64,000 bases of DNA from Chrysomallon squamiferum (taxonomy: Eukaryota; Animalia; Mollusca): contig CM022678.1 of the NCBI GenBank assembly GCA_012295275.1, forward strand, positions 2,356,001-2,420,000, written 5' to 3'. Under the pieces are notes generated by a model. It did not search any database, was not told where the DNA came from, and saw only the letters and a program-made list of their open reading frames with translations. The position numbers and the translations under genes are program-made. Of the stretch, positions 26,337 through 40,837 are shown in pieces (the stretch's first letter is position 1; every line of letters begins with the position of its first letter).

Positions 26337-27345
26337 TATATTAGTTCTAACTAATAAATAAATAAATTTGAATTTTTTCCCTTAAATGATAGTTTCAAAA
26401 TAAATTATTATCATTTCATTTTTAGTCAGAGAAAACGCTCTGTTTCTGTTAAAACCAATTTATTCTTTGTTTACAGATTGTCCAATGAGATGACTGGTGG
26501 GCATGGTAACAGTAACAAGTAAAACAAAAACCTGTCAATCAAAATCTTTGACATGGGAGGTAGAAGGAAAGCTCATCTGTTGACCTAGGTCAGTCCACTG
26601 CAGAGCTTGAAGTAGTGAGTAGTGAAGTAGTAGGACAGAACACTGTGTGCAGTTAAGTGTGAAAACAGTGTCTACTGAAGTAGTATCAACTTTGTCAGTC
26701 TGTCTGTCTCTCTGTCATTGCTCTCTTCATATTATTAAAAACTAAAATTACTTCCTCAGTATCAAAGCAATACTACTTCTACTAGTATTACTGTTCTACT
26801 ATTAATACGATATGTTTATAATTTGGTTTCAGTAATAATTTAGTTTTTGTTTATTTTATCAAATCATTTACATGTGTACTGTGACAGTAGCTCGTTTGGT
26901 GTTGGACGAGTTGCCTCCCTTCATCTGTTTGTTTATTTATTATTATATTCGTTTATTGAATTTATAATCTTCCTTAAATTTTATTTTGATTTACTTTTAC
27001 TACTACTGCTACTATTACTGTTATCATTATTATCATCATCATTATTATTATTATTATTCCTTTCTTGTAGTAAGGATAATCTCTATTTACTTATTTTTAT
27101 TTACTAGTACTATTATTACTATCATCATAATCATCATCATTATTATTCCTTTGTTGATAATCTCCCTTTAATTATTTTACTATTACTACTACTACTACTA
27201 CTACTACTACTGCTGCTACTACTACTATTACTATTACTACTGCTACTATTACTGTTACTACTACTACTACTATTACTACTACTCCCACTACTACTGCTGC
27301 TACTATTACTACTACTACTACTACTACTACAGTTTCTATATTTAG

Positions 27346-27603
27346 ACTGAACTTCGGCGACAAGACCAGTCACTCGCCAGACAGCTTCTCGGCATTAGAC
27401 GTGACCTGTCACAACTCAGACTGAGTCGAAGCTGCGAGAGGCACCAGGACATGCTGGATGATGCGCAGTGGGAAATGGAGGAATTTCAGCAACTGTCAAG
27501 ACTGCTCGATATTCCGTGCTACAGCTGTCTGTCTCCAGATCCTCTTAAACATATCGGTGTGACAAAAATGAACATCAGCACAAGACGATTTTCAACGTTT
27601 TAG
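27346..27603 (+). CDS. FAM167: Terminal coding exon of a FAM167-family protein
   Basis: Acceptor tttag|27346, phase 0, open to TAG 27601-27603: [85 protein letters not shown]. Matches the recalled FAM167A C-terminus (TEMRLQDQQLARQLMRLR...[20 protein letters not shown]). Not in the ORF track. Confidence 0.9.
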   Translation, partial: [85 protein letters not shown]

Positions 27604-27721
27604 TTTTAAATATCTTATTTTAATTATATTTTTGATTTTGCTTCATTCTATTTTATTTCATTTTATTTTTATTTATTTTTGTTACCATTTATTTTATTTA
27701 TTTTTTATTTTTTATTTATAA

Positions 27722-27755
<34 letters not shown>

Positions 27756-29349
27756 TATTTATTTTTTGTGACGACATTGTTAAATATTTCAGTGAACAAA
27801 AGGATCAATGAAAACGATGTTCGTTGTTTGAAATGGAGGAAAATATAAACTAATCAAAAAGTTACCTCGAAACAATGAAATGTTAACAAAATAATAATAA
27901 AATGTTCTCTAGATCTGTTGACATTAATTCTAGATGTAGATATTTATCACATTACATTTTATTTTCTAGTTTAGTTCAGGCAAGAAACAAACATGGTTGT
28001 TAAAGACTTGGAAATTAAAACAACTGGAAAATGTGATCCTGACTTTGTATACTGATGTAGCTATTAATACTCTTGTAGACTATGTCTGTTACTGTATTTC
28101 ATATACATCAACAACATATATGTAAACCATTTCAACAAAGATATTGCATATTTATTATTATATTACATATAAGAATGAAAACAGCATAAATGTAGTAAAG
28201 TTCAATAAACAATATTGAATATTTGTGTACTAATTTACATATAATAATGAATACAACATAAATGAAATACTGTTCAATACAAAATATTGAATATTTATTT
28301 AATGGTTTACATATAATGATGAATACTATTGATGTTATTTAAACTGTTTTGACAAACTAAATATTTAAGCCCTTGTTTTGTAAATCAAATAAATAAATCT
28401 TTTATTTTTGTTTTATTTGTCTTTATTGTTGTATCTGTTTTTAATTAATTGTGTGACCATGCATATTTGTTAATATGTATGTATGAGAATGTATGTGCTT
28501 TGTTTGTAATTATGTCACGTGTTTTGAATATGTCTATAGATATGGATAAGATCATTTTTTTAAAATATATCCGTACATGTTATTTGTGTTTGTTTTGTCT
28601 TCATTTAATTTTTTTTTCATTTCTCTTCGTTGTCTGTGATTTTTTTTACACATTTAAATTGCACATTAGGGTGGTTTTATTCCGTTACAAACATTTGTTA
28701 TAATTATTATTATTTTTTTACTTTTCTTTACAACAGTACACTTTCCAGCAATCTTACCGTTTTTAAATTTTATAAATTTATTTAAAATACATGAATTATT
28801 TAATCTCGTATTATCTTTAAATGCTTAGTATTTATCTACACTCACACAGGCATTTTCAATAATACATATGAAAACCTACTTACCTTTGGTATTATTTTTA
28901 CACAGATTTCAGTTTGGTGAGAACAATTTAAAAATAATAACCATCTTATCAGGATGATTTGTTTTGTTTTGTTTAATGTGGATTGGATATTTATCTTCAT
29001 TTGTGTAAAGTTTGATCAAAATCTGCTTCCATAAAAATCATCTGATTTGCCGGTATGTATCGTAAACAAACGACTATCGGTTTGTGTTAGGCCACGTGTT
29101 TGGATATTTCTTTTACATTCTGCTAAATATTTATAACTATAATTAATAAACATAATTAGTTGTGCCATTAACTTTAGCTAAAGCAAAATTATAATTTCAA
29201 GATATCCTGAAAATGTTATGGAGATCTGACAATCGAATCAATATTTCTTTCTGTGACACAAATCTGCCTTTACTCCGTAACCTTAACAAAACAAATTATC
29301 TTCATTTTGATATAAATTTACTTATTTTCTTTTCTTATTGTTTTAAAAA

Positions 29350-29696
29350 TAAACAAACTAGTTTGTATTTATTGGAACATGGAGCTCATCCTAATTCACC
29401 ACATGAATGTCCAAATGTTCCACACCTAGCAGCTAAACATGGAAGTCAGGAAATTGTGACATCACTGACTGAAAAAGGTACAGATGTAAATATTAAAAAC
29501 AGTGAAGGTGAGACTACTCTGTTTAGAGCTGTAAAGTATAAACAGAAGAAAGTAGATTTTTATTTACTGGAACATGGAACTGATCCTAATTTAACAGACA
29601 ATGATAACAATTCTCCTTTACACATAGCAGCTAAACAAGGAAATATAGGAATTGTGATAGCACTGACTGAAAAAGATGTAGATGTAAATATTGGAA
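29350..29696 (+). pseudogene. Isolated ankyrin-repeat fragment of the same family
   Basis: LYLLEHGAHPN...HLAAKHGSQEIV...GETTLFRAVKYKQ...NSPLHIAAKQGN. The 5' part of ORF 29213 is unrelated sequence. Followed by a paralog (30.0-30.5 kb) of the B1 3' flank (15.5-15.9 kb). Confidence 0.8.
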
Positions 29697-30935
29697 ACCT
29701 ATTGTATTAATGTATGGTACAGTTTTTGTTTCTATACAGATAATGTACTACCATATTGTACAGTCTGTTGTATCTATTCAAATAATGTGTGTTGTAATTT
29801 TTTGAAAACTGTAATAACATTTTATAGCATCTATTCAAATATTGTATTAATGTGTGTTGTAATTTTTTGAAAACTGTATTAACATTTTATAGCATCTATT
29901 CAAATATTGTGTATTACAGTCTGTTGTATCTATGCAAATACTGTATTGCCATATAGTACAATGTATTGTATTACTATGTTGTATAGCCTAGTGTATTGCA
30001 AAAATGTATAGTCTATTGTTTCTCTTCAAATATTGTATTTGATGTATGGTGTAGTTTTTGTTTCTATACAAATAATGTTTTAATATATATATTCAATAAT
30101 GTATCAATACGGGCTAGTATATTGTATCTTTACCATATTGTATAATCTACTGTATCTATTCAAATACTGTTTTCACGTGGGGTATAGTCTGTTGCATCTA
30201 TGCAAATATTGTATTACCGTATTGTATAATCTACTGTATCTATTCACATATTGTATTACTGTTGTATGGTCTTTTGCTTCTATTCAGATATTTTGCCCTC
30301 TGTTGTATTGGTACATAACAAGAAATATTATAATACTCTATATCTTTATAAAAGTTTCACTTTTCACTGAAACACTTTTGGGGATTTGTTGCACAAATCA
30401 GTTTAAAAAGATGCTAAGATAAGTTAGGGTTCCCAGGAATAATACAACAATACTAATGTTGATGTTAATTTAGATCAGGTTATTAATAAGATAATAAAAA
30501 TGCAGGTAATTTCTTTTGTAAAGTCAGCCATATTTGTTATATTATTCATGATGACTTGATTATTACTTGTGCTATTAGAATGTTCACGTGTTAATGTCAA
30601 ACTTCAATTCGTTATAATTATTGTTGTTGTTGTTGTTGTTGTTATTGTTATTATTATTATTTATTGTTATAGTTTTATTATTTTATTTTATTTTTTTTCT
30701 ATTTACTGTGTACAAAAATACAACTGTCCTAGTTCACTGCCAATAGATTAACTAAAATGAAGTGCTCGCAAACTAGTTTGTGCAAACGTACGTACAAACA
30801 TACATATATGTACATTTGGAAATATAAACAATTACTCATGCATGTACATGGACTGCAGAAAACATACAGTCACAAAACACACATCCTCGTCCAGATATAT
30901 ATAATTGTTGTATGTTTGCAGAGTCATGTTTAACA

Positions 30936-30994
<59 letters not shown>

Positions 30995-32801
30995 TTGTAT
31001 ATGTGTATGTCTGTATTTATGTCTATCTATCTCTATAAATAAGGGATGAGAGAGAGAACTCGAATTCATTGGGCATTAGCATGTCATCCTTCTCATTACT
31101 TACTTTTTTATTTTCTCAGTTCTTAAACATGAGAGAAGTAAGTAAATTTAGATAAATAATTTGAGATTTTGGCGATCTAAATAAAGCACAATATTGTTAT
31201 TTATTGTACGCAGCTACCTGTTCTGTCCGTCTCTTTCTTGCCTTACAACCAAATCGACTTTATCAAACCTGTTATCTATTTGATTTATGAAATATTTACA
31301 TTCTCACCAAGACAACTAGAGTTTGACGGTGTACTCAGATAAACGGGTGACCTAGAACTGTTACCTCAAAGATAACAGCAAACGTTGTGGGTTGTAAAAT
31401 GTTCTTCGCTAAACGCTGAAGCCAAATTTCAGTCCAAAGTGTCAAGCAGTTGGTTTTGAGAGGAAAATATCTGAAGTACCTAGAAGAGAAATCACGCAGT
31501 GTGGCCTGTGCACGTTGAGTCAGATGAGTGACAGTATTGAAAGATCATCGATTGACTTACATACAGCTGTCCAGTGCTTTGGTCACTTGTCAGTGTCTAA
31601 AGAGATCAGATGTGGATGAATATGTACATAATGTACAACCTTGCCCCAAATACCAATACCAATAACAATAAATTAATAAATAAACAAATAATAATAATTT
31701 GTCTCACGCAGTAGGGCTCTTAACCATACCCTAATAGGGCCTCGATCAGGCTGTGGAAAGTTTTCTCAGCGATATTTAGGTGTACTGTTTTCTGTATTTG
31801 TTTAAGTTAGAAAATTGATCCTAGCTTATTTACTAAACCAAGGATTGCAATTTAGGTTATACATATTTGTAGAATTAGTTGGTAGCTATTTTTTTTTATT
31901 TATTATAATATTTTATATTGTTTTACTATTAAGGTAGAGTTTCTGAGAATGTCGGTAACATATTTATTATTTACCTAAATAGCTTACTTTAACCTGTATG
32001 TATCATTAAAGTAAATAAATGTGTAACCCATTAATTTCTACAAATATTCCTAAAAGTATGTATTAAATAAATATCAACTGTTAGTTAACAGTAATCCAAT
32101 TATTGAAATCAGCCAACAATTAACGATCATTAGCGAAAGACAAAAGGAATGTTTGTCAGCTACGCTCTGCTGACTTTAGGGAGGTCCGCCACGTGTTTAT
32201 TTAAGTAAAAGACAAAAGAGGCGAGGAGGAGAACAAAGAAAAAGACACAGGAAAGGGGGGAAGATGGGGGGCAGTGGGATTGGCGGCCATTATTAGGAAG
32301 ACACAAATTAGGAAAGAACAGACTTTATTGTTTTACAATTTTTTTACAATTATTTTTATTACAGAAAACAAAATTTGACCAGTTTCAAAAATAAATTATT
32401 TAACGTAAAGTTTCAAGGTTGAATTGTCAGTGTGATACTTTTTTTTTCTTTCTTTTCTTATCGTTTAATATGGAATCGTCTCTCATTAATATTATTTTTA
32501 ACAAGATCATGAAACATTCGCATTTTTAAATATCTCGACATCATTAAATAAGAATTTAATCATTTATTAAATTACACCCATTTTGAGAATAAACGTTTTC
32601 ACTATTAACACTTGTTGATAAAAATCAACAAGGTCTGCGTTACTTTCAGGTGAGATCATTGTCACGTGACCTAAACATTTCGAATACTTAACGTCAGTTT
32701 TGTCACGTAGACACGAGTAAGCAAAGAAAAAAGCATTACTTTTCAATATTATTATTATAATAATTATAATAACTAGTAGTAGTAGTAGTAGCAATAATAA
32801 T

Positions 32802-32832
<31 letters not shown>

Positions 32833-34677
32833 TAATAACGTGCCCACTTTGGTAAATATATTATTTACTGAATGCTGTTCGTACCTGCCACCCATATCTT
32901 ACTAAGCGACTACACAAATCAGGTTGACAGTGTATTGAAGCTAGGACATTGATTTGGAAAGAGTGTTTACATTGACCAGCCAGAGAAATACTTTACTGAA
33001 ATAACGAACTGCACTTAGGAGCACAGAGACAAAATTAAACCCGAGATATCTGTTTCTTAGTCATGCGATACATGGCGTTAAAAATAAATAAATAAATAAA
33101 TAAAAATAAACCTGTACAATAACGTAAAATCAAATAAAATACAAATACAAAAACAGCTGGAATGAATGAAATGTTCTAAAAGAACACTGTCTTTAGGATA
33201 ATTAATGTATTTATCCAGTATCGTATTTAAGAGTGGAAATGTACATTAAACTTAGTGTGAGCTGTGAAAAGAAATTAAACATCTGTTAAAATTATATGCA
33301 TATCAAACATTTTATATGAAACTAGCAAATAATTTATCTAAATAAATAAATAAATAAGTAAATAAATAAATAAAGAAGTAAATAAATAAATAAAGAAGTA
33401 AATAAATAAATGAATAGAAGAAGAAGAAAAGATTGAAAAGAAGGAGACAGTAGGCCCAGACTTGTTCACCCCGTGGACGCTTTTGGATTTATTGTCAAGA
33501 CAACGAACTAAATACATTGTACTGGAAATAAACGAATTGGTTAGAATGACCGTACCCCGTGCTCAGAAGAGAAATGCGTTTTACTAACGTGAATCAGTTA
33601 TTTATAGATCGCTTTTATTTGATGAAAGGAGAAGAAAGAAGGAAATAAAAATAATCTACCATTAATATGAAAGTTTTCAATACGAGAGTTAAGATGGGTT
33701 TTTTTTTGAAGAGTCTAGTGTCGTTTTCTAATATGGCAGTTATTACTTTTAAGCTTCGTGTTAGCTGCGAAATGAATCAAGAAAGAAAGAGAACAAACAG
33801 TATCCACAAAATGAATTCGTTTATGTCTACGGTTACGGTTTCAAGTCTACCGACATAGTTGCGATTAAATGTTTTTGACCTTATTTCAAATACAGTCCAG
33901 TACCGGTCAAGTTTATCTAGAAAATTATAACAGGGCATCAAATACGATGTAATGAAATAAATAAAAAATACAAATATAAATACAAATAAAACATACAAAA
34001 AAATAAAAATAAAAAATAAAATAAAATAAAATAAAACAAAATAAAATAAATTAATGATTGAATATATATATATAGGTAAATAAATAAATAAATGTGAAAT
34101 ACTGAGTTGGAAGCAAGGTTATAGAATAAAATTTTGAGTTAATGTATTTTTCCAGAAACGTTTTCAAGATGGCTGAATGAAAACAAAACGCAGAGTGAGT
34201 GAGAATGAAATTAAATGATTAAATAAACAATGTCTGCCCCTGACTTCTTTAACATGAAAACAGAGCAGTCTTACAACATAAATCTTAATAATAACAATTT
34301 TGTGTGTGTGAGTTTTTGTTATTTTAAACTATATTTAAGCTTACTATAAAAAAGTGATATTGCTCGTTCCTGCTTTCTACTCATATCTTTCTTCTTCTTC
34401 TTCTTCTTATTATTATTATATAAATAAATAAATAAATAAGCAGCATCTACGGATATGGTGTTCAGTTATCTCATAAAGAAGTCGACAGAGGAATAAATAA
34501 CTATGAAATAATTGATTATTTAAAAAAACAACATTGAAATTAATTTGTTTTCTGAAAAATTAATGCTGATGTAAATTAGTCTATTTAGGAAGTTACAAAA
34601 AGTAGAATGATCATTATTAGCCAGTGAAATTTTTTTCTTTTTTATTATTAGGTTTTTATATTTTGGTATGTTTGATT

Positions 34678-37600
34678 TGTTGTGTTTGGAAATCAAGTTA
34701 TTAAAACCAGTAAGTTCAAAACTAAAAGTTTTCTCTTCCCTACATGTTTAATAAATAACAGAATACAAATCACAGTAGTCGTACATTTCTGTCAGTGCAA
34801 CCTGAACAACATAGAAACATGCTCATACATACATAGACACAGTACATACAAAGATATGTACATGTATACCCACTTAACACACAGAACATGTACCTACACA
34901 TACATGCATGCAGACAAGCATTACTACATACAAAAAATATTCAGAGACAGAATGTATGTTTGTTAAAGTGACCTAGATTTTCTTCTTAAACTATTATTAT
35001 AGCTCAGTATGAATTAAACAGAAGTATATGCCAGTCATTATTATCACATGTAGATACTTAAATACAGTGCAAGGTACATGTAACAACAACAGCTACAACA
35101 ATAATATCAACAAGAAACAATAAACATTAGTCAGACGTTTTGATCGTAGTAGGAGTGAATAATATAAAATAAATAATAAAGATGTTATAATATTATTACA
35201 TGTTATATATTATTAAATGCAATACTAATGTTGAGTTTACTGTTTCATGAATAAAATGAAAAATAATTGTACTGATCAATTTAATTATTCTCTTTTATTC
35301 ATCATCAATAATAAAAACTTACTTGTTTTATTTTTATATTATTTCAGCAAAAATTGATGGACGATCATCGAATATCAAAGGTATATTATCATTTGAATAG
35401 TTTTCAAAGATAATCATAAATAACAAGATAATTATATCATTATTTTTACACCATGTAAAATTGTGACATCTTACTATCATAATTAAATTATGATGAACTA
35501 CAATACGACAACAAACTATTGCATTTTACTTTAAAAACAAATCAGATCTGGTGACCAATTAAAAATTATATTATTTATACTTAAATGGTAAATATATGCT
35601 CTAAACAATTAATAATAGATGTTAATTTTTTGATGTTGTGATGCAGTCTACCAGGTCAGTGTTAAACTCAGTTGACAGACGTGTTTATGTTGAAAGAAGA
35701 GCAGAGAACAGAGGTGTAGAACTTTTGAAGAAGCATGGTGTTGTGATTGTAGTAGGATGTCCAGGTTCAGGAAAGACAACTCTGGCTTTTAGCATGATGA
35801 GAGAGATAGAAAATGAAGAAAAAAGAGAATCTTACTTGCTGACTCATCACTATGAATTCAGTGACATCTCTCTATCTGGAAATAAGAAGTGTGTTGTTCT
35901 CATTGATGACATATTTGGTAAGACTAATCTTGTTTCACATTTTATAGACTCGTGGAAACTAAAATTTCCAAAGCTATGGAATCTTGTTCAGGATGGTACT
36001 CTGAAATGTATTATTACTTTAAGAAAACAAATATTTTCGGAAAGTGAAATTAGTTTGAAAGAATTTGGTCTGTTTAATGAGAAACATGTTCTTGATCTGC
36101 AGAGTGATGACTGTCGTCTGAATTATGATGAAAAGAAAGAAATTCTAAACAAATATCTTGAAAAAAAGGATGTTAAAATGAATGAAACTGATAAAACGAC
36201 TGTCATTTACAATTCATGTACAGAGTTAGGATTTCCTAAGATGTGTGTGTTTTATGTTAATTCAATTGATGCACAGAAAAGAGAAGTTAAGTTTTTTTTT
36301 AAACCTGTAGAGTATCTCAAAGAAGAGCTGGAAAATTTGAAAACTGACAAAACTTCACAAATCAACTACCTGGTTCTCCTGCTAATCTTATTCCAACAAG
36401 GCAGATTCAGCATTGATTCACTGGACCCTTTTGAAAATGATTCTGACAGTGTCACAATGAAATCAGTAAGACTGCTTGAGCAAGTCTGTAAAGGTCTAAA
36501 AAACAGATATAAAGGCAACTGCCGATGTAATGTGTGGTACTTATTTGAAGTGTTGTGACAATAAATACACATTTATTCACCAGTCTGTGTTTGACTGTTT
36601 GTTTCTGATGTTTTCATCACAGTTTCCAAAGAAAGCAGCAGAATTGCTAGAAGTGTGTCCTGTCTTCATGTTGTTAGAATATGTTGTGACGCCTGGAGTG
36701 TCTAACAAAAGTCACATTACAATGACTGTGAAACCTGACTGCTTTGATGTTCTTGCTCGCAGATTTACTGACTTGCTGGCATCAGATGCAAGAACAATTA
36801 TTTCACATCCATCACTGAAAGATGAAATGTTTGTGAAGTATATCGTAGAGGAAAAACACTTTTATGGTAGGTTGTCTGAAATACTGGATAAGAAACTAGA
36901 TTCATTTTATGTATTTGACATACAGACATGTATAGACACTGTGAATGAAAAAATTGGAAATATTTCACGTCCTTTTGACAATTATTCACAGTTTATTGAC
37001 ATGTGTCATTTCCAAGTCAAAGAATGTAATATAAATTCAACTTCTGTTCCGAGTGATTGCATTGTGTATGGACTAAGAACATTGTCAAGATTTTTCACAT
37101 CAAAACTGTGTGAAATGGAATTAACATATCCGAAAAAAGAACTTTTGGGTATCTCTTGTTTGTTTGATAATGAAGATGTTGTGAGAATGTTGCTAAAATC
37201 AGGTGTTGTTCCAACATTTGATACATTCAGTACAGCTGCTTGTTCAAAAACAGACAATGTTATCATACTCCGAGAACTGTTAAAGTATAAAAAGGTGGTA
37301 AAATTGAATCTGTGTTCCATCTTGTTACATATTTCAATTTGTTCAGGTAACATGAACATTGCCTGTCTCTTAGCTGACATGATAAACAAAGAGAAGCAAA
37401 ATAGTGAAATAAAGCAAGAAGCTGTGAAACTGTTTTTGGTTAAGTTCCATAGACAAGTAAGACTTGAATCAAGTAACATGCATTTTGAGCACTTTAAGAC
37501 TTATAAAGTTGCTGGTGAAAGCCGTCTTTTCAAGAAACTGGTTACCATTGATATAATAAACAAAATTAAAGACATTGCAATAACTGCTGTTTGTCAGAGT

Positions 37601-38533
37601 ACTTCAGGTGTTATAAAAGAAATAGTAAAACTGAAACCTGATTGTTTAAATGATGAGAACAGAGATAAAATACTTTTAGCAGCAGCAATGTGGGGATGTT
37701 GTGATACAGTGAATTTTCTCATTGAGCAGAGATGTAACAGTACAGATGAGAACAACTGGAAGAAAAGTGAACTAGTGAAAGTAGCAGTGATGTTGTTAAG
37801 TGTCTTCTTGATAAAGGAGCTGATCCGAATGCGAATGTAGCTGTTAACAAGAAATTAACTGAATACTTTGAAGAGGAAATTAGATTAAAGCTGTGGCGTG
37901 ATTTAGAAAATAATCTGAACTTGTTGTTTATATTTGAAGCTAGTCTGTTGCCTTCAGACTCACCCCTCCACATTTTAGTTCTGCGTGGTGACTTAGATAT
38001 ATTAACATCACTGATAAAGAGAAATTCTGATGTTAATGCAGTAAACAGTGCAGGAAGAACTCCACTTCATGAAGCTGCAAAAGCAGTGACACACAGAAAG
38101 GAAATAGCTTTGTTGTTACTGCAAAATTGTGCTGATATTAACATAACAGATAAACAAAAGAATTCAGCATTGCACATAGCATCTCAAATTGATATAGATG
38201 TGGTGAAGGAAGTAAGAAAAAAGGATGTTGAAATATATGTAGTTAATACTAAAGGGGAAACTCCTCTTTTTTTATCCTTACACTATGACAGTCCAGAAAT
38301 CGCTTTATGTTTACTAAAACAAGGAGCTGATCCTATTTAACAGACAAAGATAACAATTCTGTTTTACACTTAGCAGCTAAAGATGGAAATATAGAAATTG
38401 TGACAGCACTGACTGAAAACGTGTTTGATGTAAATATTAAAAGCAGAAGAGGTGAAACTCCTCTTTTTACTGCTGCTAAGAATAAACAGAACACAATAGT
38501 TTCTTATTTACTGGAACATGGAGCTGGTCCTAA
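34678..38533 (+). pseudogene. Type-B gene B2: cRHIM remnant + microexon + nSTAND3-like NTPase + helical region + ankyrin repeats
   Basis: Exon remnant VFGNQVIKT|gtaagt (to 34709), microexon 35348-35380, NTPase ORF 35638-36558 (GCPGSGKT, VLIDDIFGK), helical ORF 36530-37840, ANK ORFs 37921-38340 and 38400-38533. Frameshifts near 36505 (11-nt deletion), 37792 (16-nt deletion) and 38337 (1-nt deletion). Promoter and first exons are missing. Confidence 0.88.
35638..36558 (+). CDS. nSTAND3-like NTPase domain ORF of B2
   Basis: Close paralog of 12579-13440 with intact Walker A and B motifs. Confidence 0.75.
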   Translation: MMQSTRSVLNSVDRRVYVERRAENRGVELLKKHGVVIVVGCPGSGKTTLAFSMMREIENEEKRESYLLTHHYEFSDISLSGNKKCVVLIDDIFGKTNLVSHFIDSWKLKFPKLWNLVQDGTLKCIITLRKQIFSESEISLKEFGLFNEKHVLDLQSDDCRLNYDEKKEILNKYLEKKDVKMNETDKTTVIYNSCTELGFPKMCVFYVNSIDAQKREVKFFFKPVEYLKEELENLKTDKTSQINYLVLLLILFQQGRFSIDSLDPFENDSDSVTMKSVRLLEQVCKGLKNRYKGNCRCNVWYLFEVL

Positions 38534-38807
38534 GTTGAGGTATTCGTTTTTTTGTTTTTTTTTTGTTACGTATGTGGCTGATAACAACATATATTCATAT
38601 GTAGATGTTTTATATATTCTTTGCCTACTTGCATATCTGGGGTCGTCTTTGATCAGTCTATTAAAAAAGAAAACAAAAAATCACAAAACAGTATTATTTC
38701 TGTCCACGTCTCCGTCAGCTAAACCCCAGAATCGACAACAACGCAAATAACATTAACAATAAATTAATACGTCAATAAATAAACTACTACTACTAATAAT
38801 AATAATA

Positions 38808-38874
<67 letters not shown>

Positions 38875-39589
38875 TAATAATAATAATAATAATAATAATT
38901 TCTTGTGTTAAGTGTTACAGAAGAAAGTTAAACTTTTATGCACGTGTACGTATGTGTGTGTGTATGTATGTATGTATGTATGTATGTGTGTATATGTGTA
39001 AATGTATGTATGCATGTATGTATGTATATATGGATGCATGTAGACAAATTTTCACGTTCATTTAGCTTCAAGAAACTCATTTCATATTTTATTTCACTCA
39101 TAATTTTTGTTTTGATCTGTTTTTATTATTTGATTTGTTTATTTCATTCATTTTAATATTGTTATTATTCATAATATTGTAATCACTATTGTTGTTGTTC
39201 TTATTATTACTAATATTATTATTGTCTTATTATTATTATTACTACTACTACTAGATTATTATTATTATTGTTATTATTATTATTATTATATTTTTACTGT
39301 GCATAGTATATATACGGGTACTGAGATCGCATGTTAATCGTCTTCACGGTTGAGTTGTTAATAACGAAAATTTGAAACCTGTGTAGGTAGACTCATTGTT
39401 AAAGAATAGACAAATGTAGTTATAAAGTTACTGAAGATAATATGACAAATACTGTCTAGTTTTGTCTGTGAAACAGTAGGTCAGATTCCAAACTTTATTG
39501 TCAAACCACACTTCATTATTGTGGTTGTTGTTGTTGTTGTTTAATCGAATTATGTCTTTGTATATACGATGATGATGATGATGATGATG

Positions 39590-39644
<55 letters not shown>

Positions 39645-39902
39645 TAAGTAAATAAATAAATACATAAATAAATTAAATAACAAATGTGTGAAACTAAATT
39701 AATCAGAAACAATTTTAAAACTACAACGACATTTACATATTACACTGCTGTTTCTGACTGTGGAACTTGGCTGGTAAAGAATCTTTTAAATTACATGGAA
39801 TAATTTAGACATTTTGTTCAGGCTGCTGTTGTAAAGTCTGTTTCTAAACAGATCAGCCAAATCTTCTCTTAACTGACATCGAAGAAACTTTTACTTTTTA
39901 TG

Positions 39903-40011
<109 letters not shown>

Positions 40012-40174
40012 GCGTATCTTCTTTTTCTTTCAAGAGACTCCTTTATTATTTACTTTGTCTTCATATAATTTGATTTCACTCAGTATTTTTTTTCAATTCC
40101 TTACTTTTTCATTTTAATATTATTATTATTATAGTTGTTGCTATTGTTATTATGATTATGATTATTGTTATAAT

Positions 40175-40255
<81 letters not shown>

Positions 40256-40794
40256 GTTGTTGTTGTTGTTGTTGTTGTTATTGTTGTTGCTGCTGTTGTT
40301 GTTGGGGGTTTTTGTGGGTATTTTTTGTGTTTTTTACTGTGTTTATTAGCCCTACAGATACTTAGATCGCATGTTAATTGTGTTCACTATTATTATTGTT
40401 ATCATTATCATCATCATCATCATTATATTTTTTACTGTTTATTGATTAATTTTAATTGAGTTATTTATTTTTCTTTCTTGCTTTAGTAGACTGTTTCATT
40501 TTCTAAAATAGAGCGCTCGCAAACATATATGTACAAACACAGACATTCATATATTTTCGCAAACAGAAGTATACACACTGCAGAAAACATACATCTATAA
40601 AACAGACGTGTAGGTCGACTTCCAATAACAGCCACTTACCCATAGACAGACGTATAATATATATATATTAAATTATACAAACGTTTAAGTGCGAGAAACT
40701 CGGTTTTTTTTTTTTTTTTTTTTTTGTTTGTTTTTTTATTTTATTATATTTATTATTATTATTACTATTACGATTATTATTATTATTATTATTA

Positions 40795-40837
<43 letters not shown>

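Noticed and set aside
37006-37479. Minus-strand ORFs overlapping family exons (also 969-1151, 4839-5066, 14355-14654, 52052-52279)
   Set aside because: Antisense shadows of plus-strand coding sequence with no independent motifs.
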